From the NCBI GenBank assembly GCA_965262145.1, contig OZ253501.1:3427435-3491434 (forward strand): a DNA stretch of 64,000 bases. Reading direction: 5' to 3'. The notes below the pieces were generated by a model. The model was not told the DNA's origin. It did no database searches and saw nothing but the letters and a program-made list of their open reading frames with translations. Within the stretch, counting starts at the first letter, position 1. Each line of letters begins with the position of its first letter. This DNA comes from Candidatus Latescibacterota bacterium (GTDB lineage: Bacteria > Latescibacterota > UBA2968). A program made the translations under genes and the position numbers. Of the stretch, positions 38,057 to 46,913 are shown in pieces.

Positions 38057-38255
38057 AGTGCATCCAAAAATGATGACGTTGAGCATATGGGTCGGCAACA
38101 CAATGGGCGCAAACGCGCTCGATTTTGTCGAGCAAAGCGCGGTCTTTAAGGGCCGCACGGCGCAACTCGGCCCAATCATCCCAGCGACCGCGACGGATCA
38201 CGTCGTCTATCGCGGCGAGTGTAAAGCGTTGATGATTTAGGTGTCGGTGCTGCAC
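38028..38255 (-). CDS. 75-aa protein, possible antitoxin-like partner
   Basis: Overlaps the downstream gene by 29 nt. No family recognised with certainty. Confidence 0.35.
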   Translation of the reverse strand: MQHRHLNHQRFTLAAIDDVIRRGRWDDWAELRRAALKDRALLDKIERVCAHCVADPYAQRHHFWMHYVKKHRDTS

Positions 38256-38322
38256 AACTCACTCCTCTAGTGCATCGTGGCGTAAATCATGCCCCATATA
38301 GACATGAATAGCAAAATCTTCT

Positions 38323-38352
38323 GGATTGCGGCTAAAACCATGCCGCAATGAC
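38323..38352 (+). repeat. REP-like hairpin GGATTGCGGCTAAAACCATGCCGCAATGAC
   Basis: Stem ATTGCGGC/GCCGCAAT. A second copy lies at 38952-38982 and an inverted relative at 12356-12384. Confidence 0.6.
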
Positions 38353-38408
38353 AATCGCAAGTAAGATTGATATGGGTAGTCTCTTTTGCCGCGATGAACT
38401 AGCCTGAT

Positions 38409-38786
38409 TCACCTCTCCAACAACTCGATTTCATACCCATCGGGATCATCGACAAACGCCATTTTGCGACCTGTGGGGAAAGTCTCTCGCCAATCGCCGG
38501 GCCAAATTTCGAGTCCATTTTTTTCCAGCTCATCGCAAAAGGCAATCAAATCGGACACGCCGATCGCAAAGTGCATCAAATCTTCGGGCACATTCAACTC
38601 GTAATCATCGGAATACGTCAATTCCAGCGTATGCTCGTTGCCCGGCAATTCCAGATGGCAGATCTGATTGCCCGCTGGCGACTTCTCCGAACGGCTCTTT
38701 AGCACAAAACCAAAGTGATCGCAATAATACTGGATCGACTTATCCAAATCGCTCACGCGAATGCGCGTATGAAGAAATACAGCCAT
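38409..38786 (-). CDS. VOC family protein / glyoxalase I-like
   Basis: 125 aa; HTRIRVSDLDKSIQYY and HFAIGV motifs. Confidence 0.8.
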   Translation of the reverse strand: MAVFLHTRIRVSDLDKSIQYYCDHFGFVLKSRSEKSPAGNQICHLELPGNEHTLELTYSDDYELNVPEDLMHFAIGVSDLIAFCDELEKNGLEIWPGDWRETFPTGRKMAFVDDPDGYEIELLER

Positions 38787-38951
38787 GAAAAACTCCTTTC
38801 AAAAATGAACAAAAACGCGATTCACAACTATTGTGATAATCACCAAAGATACACAGGAATGAGACAAAGACAAGAAAATCAGCTTTCAGCTTACAGGCGG
38901 AACCTACAACAGAGCGAAGCAAGTATCAGCCCCCACCCTGCTACCCCCAGT

Positions 38952-38982
38952 GGATTGCGGCTCAAAACCATGCCGCAATGAC
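38952..38982 (+). repeat. REP-like hairpin GGATTGCGGCTCAAAACCATGCCGCAATGAC
   Basis: Near-identical to 38323-38352. The two copies bracket the glyoxalase gene. Confidence 0.6.
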
Positions 38983-39074
38983 GACTTTCATGCACAGGTT
39001 TTACTGGCCGCTGACCGCAAAAAAAAACAGGTCGCGCAAAGCGGAACCTGATTGAGAAAACAAAGTGAGGAAAG

Positions 39075-39455
39075 TTAGACCATGGAGTACGGCGATGGTG
39101 ATGGGGGTTTGACTTTTTGCCCGGGTTCTATACCCAGAGCGCGTTGCACCCGCCGTATGGCGAGGCGGTAGTGACTTTGCACCGCACTTTTTGAGATCTC
39201 TAAAAGCAGCGCGATTTCTGTAAAAGTCTTGCCCTGTGAGCGCAGCAACAAAACCTCGTACTTACGCCCTATCAGCACCGTTTCGATAACGTCTTTGACC
39301 TGAGCCAAACGCACGGGATCTGCCTCGCCAGGCGTTAAATGGCAGATATGACATGGCGCGCCATTTTCCTGCAAATTATCGGAAAGGCGGGCGAGATCTT
39401 CCGGCGCAAAACAAACTTCTCGCACCGTGTTATAATGTAGTTTTTCGCGCTTCAT
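39075..39455 (-). CDS. sigma-70 region-4 / LuxR-type HTH small regulator
   Basis: LLRSQGKTFTEIALLLEISKSAVQSHYRLAIRRV. Confidence 0.55.
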   Translation of the reverse strand: MKREKLHYNTVREVCFAPEDLARLSDNLQENGAPCHICHLTPGEADPVRLAQVKDVIETVLIGRKYEVLLLRSQGKTFTEIALLLEISKSAVQSHYRLAIRRVQRALGIEPGQKVKPPSPSPYSMV

Positions 39456-39685
39456 AGCATTTTGAAAAAATGATAATCCCCGTAAAATTTAGAAAAATAT
39501 GACGCCGTAATTTAGCGGATTTAAACGCACTTGGCAAGAAAAAACACCTTATTGCGAGCCAGACATTAAACTTCTACCAAAGTTGTACCCCACCTCGCAA
39601 ACATCTTGACGAAAAATAATTTATGCTTAAATAAAAAGACAAAACCCTCCCAGTCTTGCCAAACCGAGCAAGGAGACAAAATCCC

Positions 39686-40735
39686 ATGATCGAGCTTATT
39701 ATCGTTGTCGCTGCCGTTATTCTTGCATCTGCCATGTGCTCGCTCTTCGAAGCCGTACTCTATTCTGTACCTATCAGCCATATCGAAACCCTCGCGAGAG
39801 AGAACCAAACCTCTGGGCTTATCTTGCGACGCTTGCGCCAAACCGTCGACCGCCCAATTTCGGCAATCTTATCGCTGAACACCATATCAAATACCGGCGG
39901 CGTCAGCCTGGCGGGATTTCTTTTTGCCACCGCGGTTATGGGAGAGGAAACAGCCGGCGAATCCTTTCCGGGCATTGCCTTTTCCATCGGAATGACCTTC
40001 GTCATCTTATTTTTATCCGAACTCCTGCCCAAAACAATCGGCGTGGTTTACGCGCGCCCGTTGTCGAGCGCCATTGCCCGCCCCCTCCAGTTATTGGTCT
40101 GGATATTTGCGCCATTTATTGTATTATCGCGCCTGGCCACGCGCCTGGTTGCCAAAGAGCAAAAAGAACAGGATATTTCCGATGAAGAACTCATCTCACT
40201 GGCGCGTCTGGGAAGGCGCAGTGGCGCATTAGACCCCACAGAAGCGCGCGTGATACAAAATATACTCTCCCTCAAATCCAAAACCGCAAGTGAGGTCATG
40301 ACCCCCCGAACCGTTGTCTTTTCACTCAAAGACGACCTCCCCGTTGAAGAAGCCCGCAACCAGCGCGGAATATGGTCTTATAGCCGCATTCCCGTTTACG
40401 AGAAAGATTTTGAAGACATTGTCGGCATTGTTTTGCGGCGCGACATCATGGCTGCACTCACCGACGACCGCGGACACAGCAAATTATCAGACCTCATGCA
40501 ACCCGTGCATTTTGTCGCCGAATCGCATAGCCTCGACCGCATCTTGCAAATGTTCCTCGACCGCCGTCAACACCTCTTTGCCGTCATCGATGAATACGGG
40601 GGCCTCGCTGGCGTTCTGACACTTGAAGACGTACTCGAAGAAATTCTCGGCTCTGAAATCGTCGATGAATCCGACCGCGTTGACGACCTGCGCGAACTCG
40701 CCCGCCGCCGCCGTCAGCAAACGATGGATGATTGA
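39686..40735 (+). CDS. CNNM/DUF21 plus CBS-pair hemolysin-family (CorC/TlyC-like) membrane protein
   Basis: Start at the ATG at 39686 after AAGGAG. TM-rich N-terminus, then CBS text (VMTPRTVVFSL, VIDEYGGLAGVLTLEDVLEEILG). Confidence 0.8.
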   Translation: MIELIIVVAAVILASAMCSLFEAVLYSVPISHIETLARENQTSGLILRRLRQTVDRPISAILSLNTISNTGGVSLAGFLFATAVMGEETAGESFPGIAFSIGMTFVILFLSELLPKTIGVVYARPLSSAIARPLQLLVWIFAPFIVLSRLATRLVAKEQKEQDISDEELISLARLGRRSGALDPTEARVIQNILSLKSKTASEVMTPRTVVFSLKDDLPVEEARNQRGIWSYSRIPVYEKDFEDIVGIVLRRDIMAALTDDRGHSKLSDLMQPVHFVAESHSLDRILQMFLDRRQHLFAVIDEYGGLAGVLTLEDVLEEILGSEIVDESDRVDDLRELARRRRQQTMDD

Positions 40736-40763
40736 GCACCAATCCCAAATATGGAGTACCTTT

Positions 40764-41756
40764 ATGCTACGTGTATGCGTCATCGGGCTGGGGCCAATTG
40801 GCAACCGGCACGCTGATATTTATGTTGAAAATCCACTGTCCGAACTCGTAGGCGTATGCGACATTGACGAAACCCGCGCCAATGCGACCGCACAACGCCT
40901 GGGCGTCACCGCCTTTTACAATGTTCAGAAAATGCTTGAAGAACGCAAACCCGATGTGGTAAGCGTAGCCACGGGCGGGTATGAATACAGCAGCGATCAC
41001 TACGCACCCACAATGCAAGCCCTCGAAGCCGGCTGTCACGTCTTGGGCGAAAAACCCATCTCAAATAATATTTCACACGGCGAAGAAATGGTCTCCAAAG
41101 CCAGAGAAATGGGCGTCTGCTATGGCATTGACCTCAACCACCGCTTTACCCCTGCTGCTCGCCTTGCAAAAAAATGGGTTGATGAAGGACGCCTGGGCCA
41201 TCTGCTCTTTGTCAATATGGCGATGTGGATCATGAACCCGGCGGAAAGTTCGCCGTATTATCATCTCAAAGCACTCCACCCACACACCATTGACGTCATG
41301 CGCTATTTCTGCGGCGATATCGAAGCGGTGCAATGTTTCGCCACCAAAGCACCGGGGCGCAAAATATGGTCCACCGCGCAATTCAATATGCGTTTTAAAA
41401 ATGGCGTAGTCGGCTCACTCACGGGCAGTTACGACATCGAGCGCGGGCACCCCATGGAACGCTGTGAAGTTGCCGGAACAGGCGGCCGATTCGTCCTTGA
41501 AGACATGTGGCACGAACTCACCTTCTACCCGGCGGGCAACCTCGAAAAAACCGTGTACACAGACCCGGCATTTGGGGGATTTGGCGACTTTATCGACACC
41601 TTCCGAGACCGCATCGGCACATTTCTCCGCCAGGTCAGAGACGGTGTTGCACCCGAAGACATCGATGGCTCAGGCGAAGACGGCCTCGCCGCGCAAAAAG
41701 TCATTGCCGCAGCGATTGAATCGCTCGACAACGAAACCGTCGTTTATATAAAATAG
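40764..41756 (+). CDS. Gfo/Idh/MocA family oxidoreductase
   Basis: MLRVCVIGLGPIGNRHA and GEKP motifs. Confidence 0.8.
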   Translation: MLRVCVIGLGPIGNRHADIYVENPLSELVGVCDIDETRANATAQRLGVTAFYNVQKMLEERKPDVVSVATGGYEYSSDHYAPTMQALEAGCHVLGEKPISNNISHGEEMVSKAREMGVCYGIDLNHRFTPAARLAKKWVDEGRLGHLLFVNMAMWIMNPAESSPYYHLKALHPHTIDVMRYFCGDIEAVQCFATKAPGRKIWSTAQFNMRFKNGVVGSLTGSYDIERGHPMERCEVAGTGGRFVLEDMWHELTFYPAGNLEKTVYTDPAFGGFGDFIDTFRDRIGTFLRQVRDGVAPEDIDGSGEDGLAAQKVIAAAIESLDNETVVYIK

Positions 41757-41764
41757 GAATATTT

Positions 41765-42808
41765 ATGGACAAGGTTCATATTGGCGTAATCAGCCACGCA
41801 CACGGACACATCAACACATATTGTGGTCAAATGCAGCATTATGACGATGTCGAACTCATCGCCACATGGGACGGCAACAAAGACCGCGGGCGCGAAAACG
41901 CCGACAAATTCGGCATGGAATTTCGCACGTCATCAGACGCCGTGCTCAGCGATCCAAACATCGACACGGTCATGATCGGCATAGAAACCAATCGCCATGC
42001 AGAATACGCACTAATGGCCGCTCAGGCGGGCAAAAACATCCTGCTCCAAAAGCCCATGGCCACCACTCTTGAAGATTGCGACCGCATCATCGAAGCAGTA
42101 AATAAATCGGGCGTCAAATTCAGCATGGCCTTTCAGATGCGGCAGGACCCGGTCAACCGCAAAATCAAAGAACTCGTTGACGCAGGTATAGTCGGAAACA
42201 TCGCGGTTGTTCGCCGAAGACATTGTATCCCGGTTCTGCTCAACCCCCACTTTGTCACCGGGGCATCCAAATGGCACCTCGATCCCATTGCCAATATCGG
42301 AATGTACTTCGACGACGCCACCCATGCCGCCGACTGGTTCTATTGGATCTTTGGCCGCCCTGTCTCGGTAATGGCCGAAATCGACAACATCGTAACAGAT
42401 ACTGCGCCCGATGATAACGGCGTCTCCATCTTTCGCTTTGAAACCGGCATAATGGGCATATTGTTCAACGGCTCCACCACCGTCGCAGGCATCAACACCA
42501 CTGAAATCTACGGCGACAAGGGAACCATAATCCAGGACTACGGCGACGCGCCCTCCACCTCTGCACCGCGATCAGAAGATGCCATTCCACTCAAATACAT
42601 CCGCCGCGGTGAAGATCGCTGGACCGAACTTAAAATGGACATACCCAAAGGGCAGGGCGAGCGCATCGCCGCCATACCTCGTCCATTTATCAACTATATT
42701 CGCGGCCTGAGCGACGAGCGCGTCTCTCCCGAAGAGGGGCGCGTCTCCGTCGAAATGATCCTCGGCGCGTATCAATCCGCCAAAGAAGGTAGAAGAATCA
42801 CCTTCTAA
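41765..42808 (+). CDS. Gfo/Idh/MocA family oxidoreductase
   Basis: VHIGVISHAHGH and LLQKPMA motifs. Confidence 0.75.
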   Translation: MDKVHIGVISHAHGHINTYCGQMQHYDDVELIATWDGNKDRGRENADKFGMEFRTSSDAVLSDPNIDTVMIGIETNRHAEYALMAAQAGKNILLQKPMATTLEDCDRIIEAVNKSGVKFSMAFQMRQDPVNRKIKELVDAGIVGNIAVVRRRHCIPVLLNPHFVTGASKWHLDPIANIGMYFDDATHAADWFYWIFGRPVSVMAEIDNIVTDTAPDDNGVSIFRFETGIMGILFNGSTTVAGINTTEIYGDKGTIIQDYGDAPSTSAPRSEDAIPLKYIRRGEDRWTELKMDIPKGQGERIAAIPRPFINYIRGLSDERVSPEEGRVSVEMILGAYQSAKEGRRITF

Positions 42809-42835
42809 AACCGCAAAAAGTAAAAGGATAATCCA

Positions 42836-43480
42836 ATGCAACAAACCTATCCCGATCTCGATACATACAAACGGCAAGTATTCGCCCGTGAAGATGACTT
42901 GCTCAAAAGCATCATGCCTGCAGCAGTCGAACAGGGTATTCCGCGGATCTCCGTCAGCCCTGAAGCTGGGCAGACCCTGTATTTGCTCGCAAAAACAATC
43001 GGCGCAAAAAAAATTCTCGAATTTGGTGCACTCGCTGGCTATTCGGGTATCTGGCTCGCCCGCGCACTACCCAAAGACGGACGATTCATCACCCTGGAAA
43101 TTGAGCCCAAACACGCCGATGTCACGCGGCGCAACTACGAAAAAGCCGGACTATCAGACCAAACAGATGTGCGCCTGGGCGACGGCGCAGAACTTATGAA
43201 AAACGCGGCGCAGGACGGCCCTTTTGACCTCATCTTCATCGACGCAGACAAAGAAAGCTATCCCAAATACCTCGACTTTGCCCTTGAAAACACGCGCCCT
43301 GGCGGCCTCGTCATCGCCGACAACGCCAATGGACACGGACACGCACACAGAGCACTACCCCAAGGCGATGGCCGCCGCGGCATACAGGACTACAACCGCC
43401 GCGTTGCCAACCACCCCAAACTCATATCCAACATCATCCCCGTAGGCGGCTGGCTCGCCGTCTCGCTTGTTTTAGGATAG
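42836..43480 (+). CDS. class I SAM-dependent O-methyltransferase (family 3, caffeoyl-CoA OMT-like)
   Basis: ILEFGALAGYS SAM motif, FIDADKESY and ADNA motifs. Confidence 0.8.
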   Translation: MQQTYPDLDTYKRQVFAREDDLLKSIMPAAVEQGIPRISVSPEAGQTLYLLAKTIGAKKILEFGALAGYSGIWLARALPKDGRFITLEIEPKHADVTRRNYEKAGLSDQTDVRLGDGAELMKNAAQDGPFDLIFIDADKESYPKYLDFALENTRPGGLVIADNANGHGHAHRALPQGDGRRGIQDYNRRVANHPKLISNIIPVGGWLAVSLVLG

Positions 43481-43635
43481 ACGCAGGCGAACTATATGTA
43501 GTAAATCGCGGCAATCCTAACGAGCAGCCTGGTTTTTAAAATGCACTAAACGCATCACGCTATTCATCTTTGCGAATACCCATCTACAGTTGTCATAACT
43601 CTCGTAGTTGCGTAAATTTGCTACAAGGCTGGAGC

Positions 43636-43881
43636 ATGATCGTCACAAATTATTTTGTCACCGTGCTGCTCGAAAAACATCCTGAAACACTGAGAAATTT
43701 GCGGGCAATTATCGATGCAGTTGACAGTGAAAATATGGTAGGTTATACAGTAGAATCTTCGGGGCGCATTCGTCGATGGGTTTATATTGCCGATGCTAAA
43801 AAATATTTTCGAATTGTCTTTCTTTCCGACGGAAAAACTGTCTTGAACGCCTTTCCAGATAGCAGATATAAAAAGGAGTAA
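43636..43881 (+). CDS. small hypothetical protein, possible toxin-like partner of the DUF2283-like gene
   Basis: ORF directly upstream (3-nt gap) of the DUF2283-like gene. Start uncertain. Confidence 0.3.
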   Translation: MIVTNYFVTVLLEKHPETLRNLRAIIDAVDSENMVGYTVESSGRIRRWVYIADAKKYFRIVFLSDGKTVLNAFPDSRYKKE

Positions 43882-43884
43882 ACC

Positions 43885-44331
43885 ATGAAAGAGCCATTTA
43901 TGTATTTCCCCGATTCAGATACCCTGGAAATTACGCTGGCTCAGGGCCTCGTATCCAAAACCGAAAATGCCGGTGTTGATGGAGAACATGACAATATTCT
44001 CTTTTCCTACGACGACCAGGGGAGGCTCGTATCTATCACAATTGATGCAGCGACTCAGGCTGTGAATTTGTCAGACATCATACAAAATCCTGAAAATACG
44101 ATTAACGGACAGGCTTCAGAAATTTTCACAGTATCGAGCCTGGCAAAATCCTGGAATGTCTCCCCTCACACCATTAAAAAAATCATCAAATCCATGGCGA
44201 AAGCAGGTATTGGGGTTGGCCTTCCAAACAGCGCGAAAGGGCATATTGTCTTGACAGAAGCAGATGCACAGAAAATTGACCAATGGCGCAAAGAATATCC
44301 ACAACCCCATCCAAAGACCGTTGATGTCTAA
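43885..44331 (+). CDS. DUF2283-like protein with a C-terminal HTH-like segment
   Basis: MYFPDSDTLEITLAQG...DDQGRLVSITI resembles DUF2283. FTVSSLAKSWNVSPHTIKKIIK is HTH-like. Confidence 0.45.
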   Translation: MKEPFMYFPDSDTLEITLAQGLVSKTENAGVDGEHDNILFSYDDQGRLVSITIDAATQAVNLSDIIQNPENTINGQASEIFTVSSLAKSWNVSPHTIKKIIKSMAKAGIGVGLPNSAKGHIVLTEADAQKIDQWRKEYPQPHPKTVDV

Positions 44332-44439
44332 AAAATGTCTTAAAATTGTCACCGCGTCATTCTCGGTATGCCAGAACTGACCGCTTGACCCTCGCATTGC
44401 CCTCCTTTATATTTGGTAAAATTCACAGAGGTCGCGTCC

Positions 44440-44922
44440 ATGGTCTATGAAGCCCAAATCGAAGGCATATTTATCGACCGCCAATTCGAAGAGCCGGTCA
44501 TTATGCTGAAAGAAAAAGACGGCGACCACCGCGTGCCAATCTGGATTCAAATGGGCGAAATGTTCTCGCTTGCCCTTCATATCTCAGGCGATGACTACAG
44601 ACCGCCGCGTCCATTTGCGCACGACTTGATCAAAACGGTTATACAAAACCTGCAAGCCAGCGTTCAACACGCGCTTATAACAGACATCATAGACCACGTC
44701 TATCGCGCGCAATTGAACCTCACCTCCCCCGAAACCCCTTTGGAACTCGACGCACGCCCAAGTGACGCGATCTTGATGGCACTCAAATTTGACGCGCCAA
44801 TCTACATTGACGAAAAAGTGATACAAAAAAGTAACGAACTGTCCCAAAACCATCCCCCCGGAACTCTCCAACAGAGACTTCAGAAACTGCACCCAGAAGA
44901 TTTTATCAACTTTGTTCAATGA
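44440..44922 (+). CDS. bifunctional nuclease (BFN/DUF151) family protein
   Basis: VIMLKEKDGDHRVPIWIQMGEM...ARPSDAILMAL pattern. Confidence 0.65.
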   Translation: MVYEAQIEGIFIDRQFEEPVIMLKEKDGDHRVPIWIQMGEMFSLALHISGDDYRPPRPFAHDLIKTVIQNLQASVQHALITDIIDHVYRAQLNLTSPETPLELDARPSDAILMALKFDAPIYIDEKVIQKSNELSQNHPPGTLQQRLQKLHPEDFINFVQ

Positions 44923-46766
44923 AAAAATTGTCCCTACTCCTGCTCCTCCTCCTCTTTTCTGCCCAGATATCGGGTGAGAACTTCAGCCAGAAAGCGGAAA
45001 CCCTCTTCCAACGCGCACTTGCCCATTATAATCAAGACAAATTATCAGACGCCCGGGATGGGTTTATAGAACTCATCGAACGACACCCCTCCAACCAGCG
45101 CACCTCTGCCGCGCGATTCATGCTGGCAAAATCGCACTACAAATTGAAAGCGTACGATCTGGCTCTAGCTGCGTCCATCGCGCTCCAACAACAACACCCT
45201 CGCAGCCGATACACCTCTGAAACCGACCTGATCATTGGCGACTGTTATTTTTCCCAGCATCAGATTTACAACGCCGCCACACAATATGCACGCGTACTCA
45301 CCAGTCGCGCCGACATACGCACCAAAGCGCGTGCAGCCGACCGCCTGGGCCAATTATCGAGCAGCGAAAAACTGACTCAAGACGAGGTCGAAAATCTAAA
45401 AACCGACTTTAATCGCATCGTCATCGACGAGGCCATTGCCTTTGGCAATGCGCACTGGCACATCAAACGCGGCGATCTCGAAATGGGCAACAAACACCTG
45501 TCCTTCTTTCTCGATCACCACCCAAATGGACAATTCACCGCACTCGCGCGCCAAATACTCATATCCAAACGCACCACATCGCCCCAACCCGCCGCTACCC
45601 CCAAACCCCAAAATGCGCGCTACAAAATTGGCGTCATCGCCCCATTGGGCACTCCAAACGGCGAAGACCTGCGCAACGGCATCACGCTTGCGAGAGACCG
45701 CAACCCACTCGCATCTCGCGAACAGGTCGAAATGATATTTGAAGACTCTCAAGGCGATCCCATTCGCGCGGCACGCGCAGCACAGCGCCTCATTGAAGAA
45801 CGCGATGTAATCGCCATCATTGGCGCACTCACAAGCGCGGAAACCACCCCTATCGCAACCATGCTCAGTGCCAAGAAAGTGCCTCTGGTGGCTCCAACAG
45901 CCTCAGACGATGGCATTGCATCCCTCAGTCCCTATGTTTTTCAAGTCAACGCAACACCGGGCGCACAGGGGAGGCGCATTGCAGAACACGCCGTGCAGAA
46001 ACAGGGCTTGCGCACGCTGGCCTCACTCGCATCTCGAGATGATTATGGCCGGCGAATCGCCGGCGAATTTGCCACCAGAGCCGAAGACCTCGGCGCCGAA
46101 GTGCTCATTCAAGAATGGTATGAACCGGGCACCACGGATTATCGCCGTCAATTTGAACGCATCCGCAGCGCGGGCCTGGCGCTTCAAATGCCCGACGACC
46201 TCGCTTCGGAAATTGATTCCTTGGTCCTCGGCAACATACACATCGCCCCACCCCCACCCGTGGTAGTTGACCCCGACACCGTGCAACTCGAAGTTGTCGA
46301 AAGCCTGGACGGTATCCTCATAGCGGGCGGCGCAGAGGACATCTTACTTATTGCCCCCCAATTTCATTCTGCCCTCGTTTTGTCTCAGGTGCTCGGCAGT
46401 GATGGCTGGAACCACGATGAAGTGGCCCGCGACGGGGGCAATTATGTCGATGGTGCTGTTTTTGTGGCGAAATATTACGACCGAAGCCCCCTCGAATCCG
46501 TGCAAAATTTCGTCAACGCCTACCGCTCGCGCTTTGGCAAAGAACAGAATATCGTTGCTGCTCTCGGATACGATGCAATGCTATCCATCCTGCATGCCAT
46601 CAATGCGGGTGGCACCACCCGAGACAGCCTGCGAGACCGCCTCGAAACGCTGACCGACATACCCGGAGCCACCGGCCAAATATCTTTTGGCAAAGGCCAC
46701 CGAGAAAATGCATGGATGTATATGCTCACCATCCGCAATCGCAGAATAGAACCGTATCAGAAGTGA
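44919..46766 (+). CDS. TPR plus type-I periplasmic (LivK/LpoA-like) ligand-binding-domain protein
   Basis: Signal peptide, TPR-like N-terminal half, then YKIGVIAPLGTPNGE...ALTSAETTPIA binding-protein text. Confidence 0.6.
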   Translation: MKKLSLLLLLLLFSAQISGENFSQKAETLFQRALAHYNQDKLSDARDGFIELIERHPSNQRTSAARFMLAKSHYKLKAYDLALAASIALQQQHPRSRYTSETDLIIGDCYFSQHQIYNAATQYARVLTSRADIRTKARAADRLGQLSSSEKLTQDEVENLKTDFNRIVIDEAIAFGNAHWHIKRGDLEMGNKHLSFFLDHHPNGQFTALARQILISKRTTSPQPAATPKPQNARYKIGVIAPLGTPNGEDLRNGITLARDRNPLASREQVEMIFEDSQGDPIRAARAAQRLIEERDVIAIIGALTSAETTPIATMLSAKKVPLVAPTASDDGIASLSPYVFQVNATPGAQGRRIAEHAVQKQGLRTLASLASRDDYGRRIAGEFATRAEDLGAEVLIQEWYEPGTTDYRRQFERIRSAGLALQMPDDLASEIDSLVLGNIHIAPPPPVVVDPDTVQLEVVESLDGILIAGGAEDILLIAPQFHSALVLSQVLGSDGWNHDEVARDGGNYVDGAVFVAKYYDRSPLESVQNFVNAYRSRFGKEQNIVAALGYDAMLSILHAINAGGTTRDSLRDRLETLTDIPGATGQISFGKGHRENAWMYMLTIRNRRIEPYQK

Positions 46767-46913
46767 GGATCGGTGTATGAAGGCGAGTAAATCGAGCATG
46801 ACTGGTCGCAGTCCAGACCAGTTCACTGTGTTGGCATACCGTTTGCATAAGGTCTATTGCAATAACAAATCAACTTATTGTAAATACAGACCTTTATATC
46901 GCAAACGCGCCCA

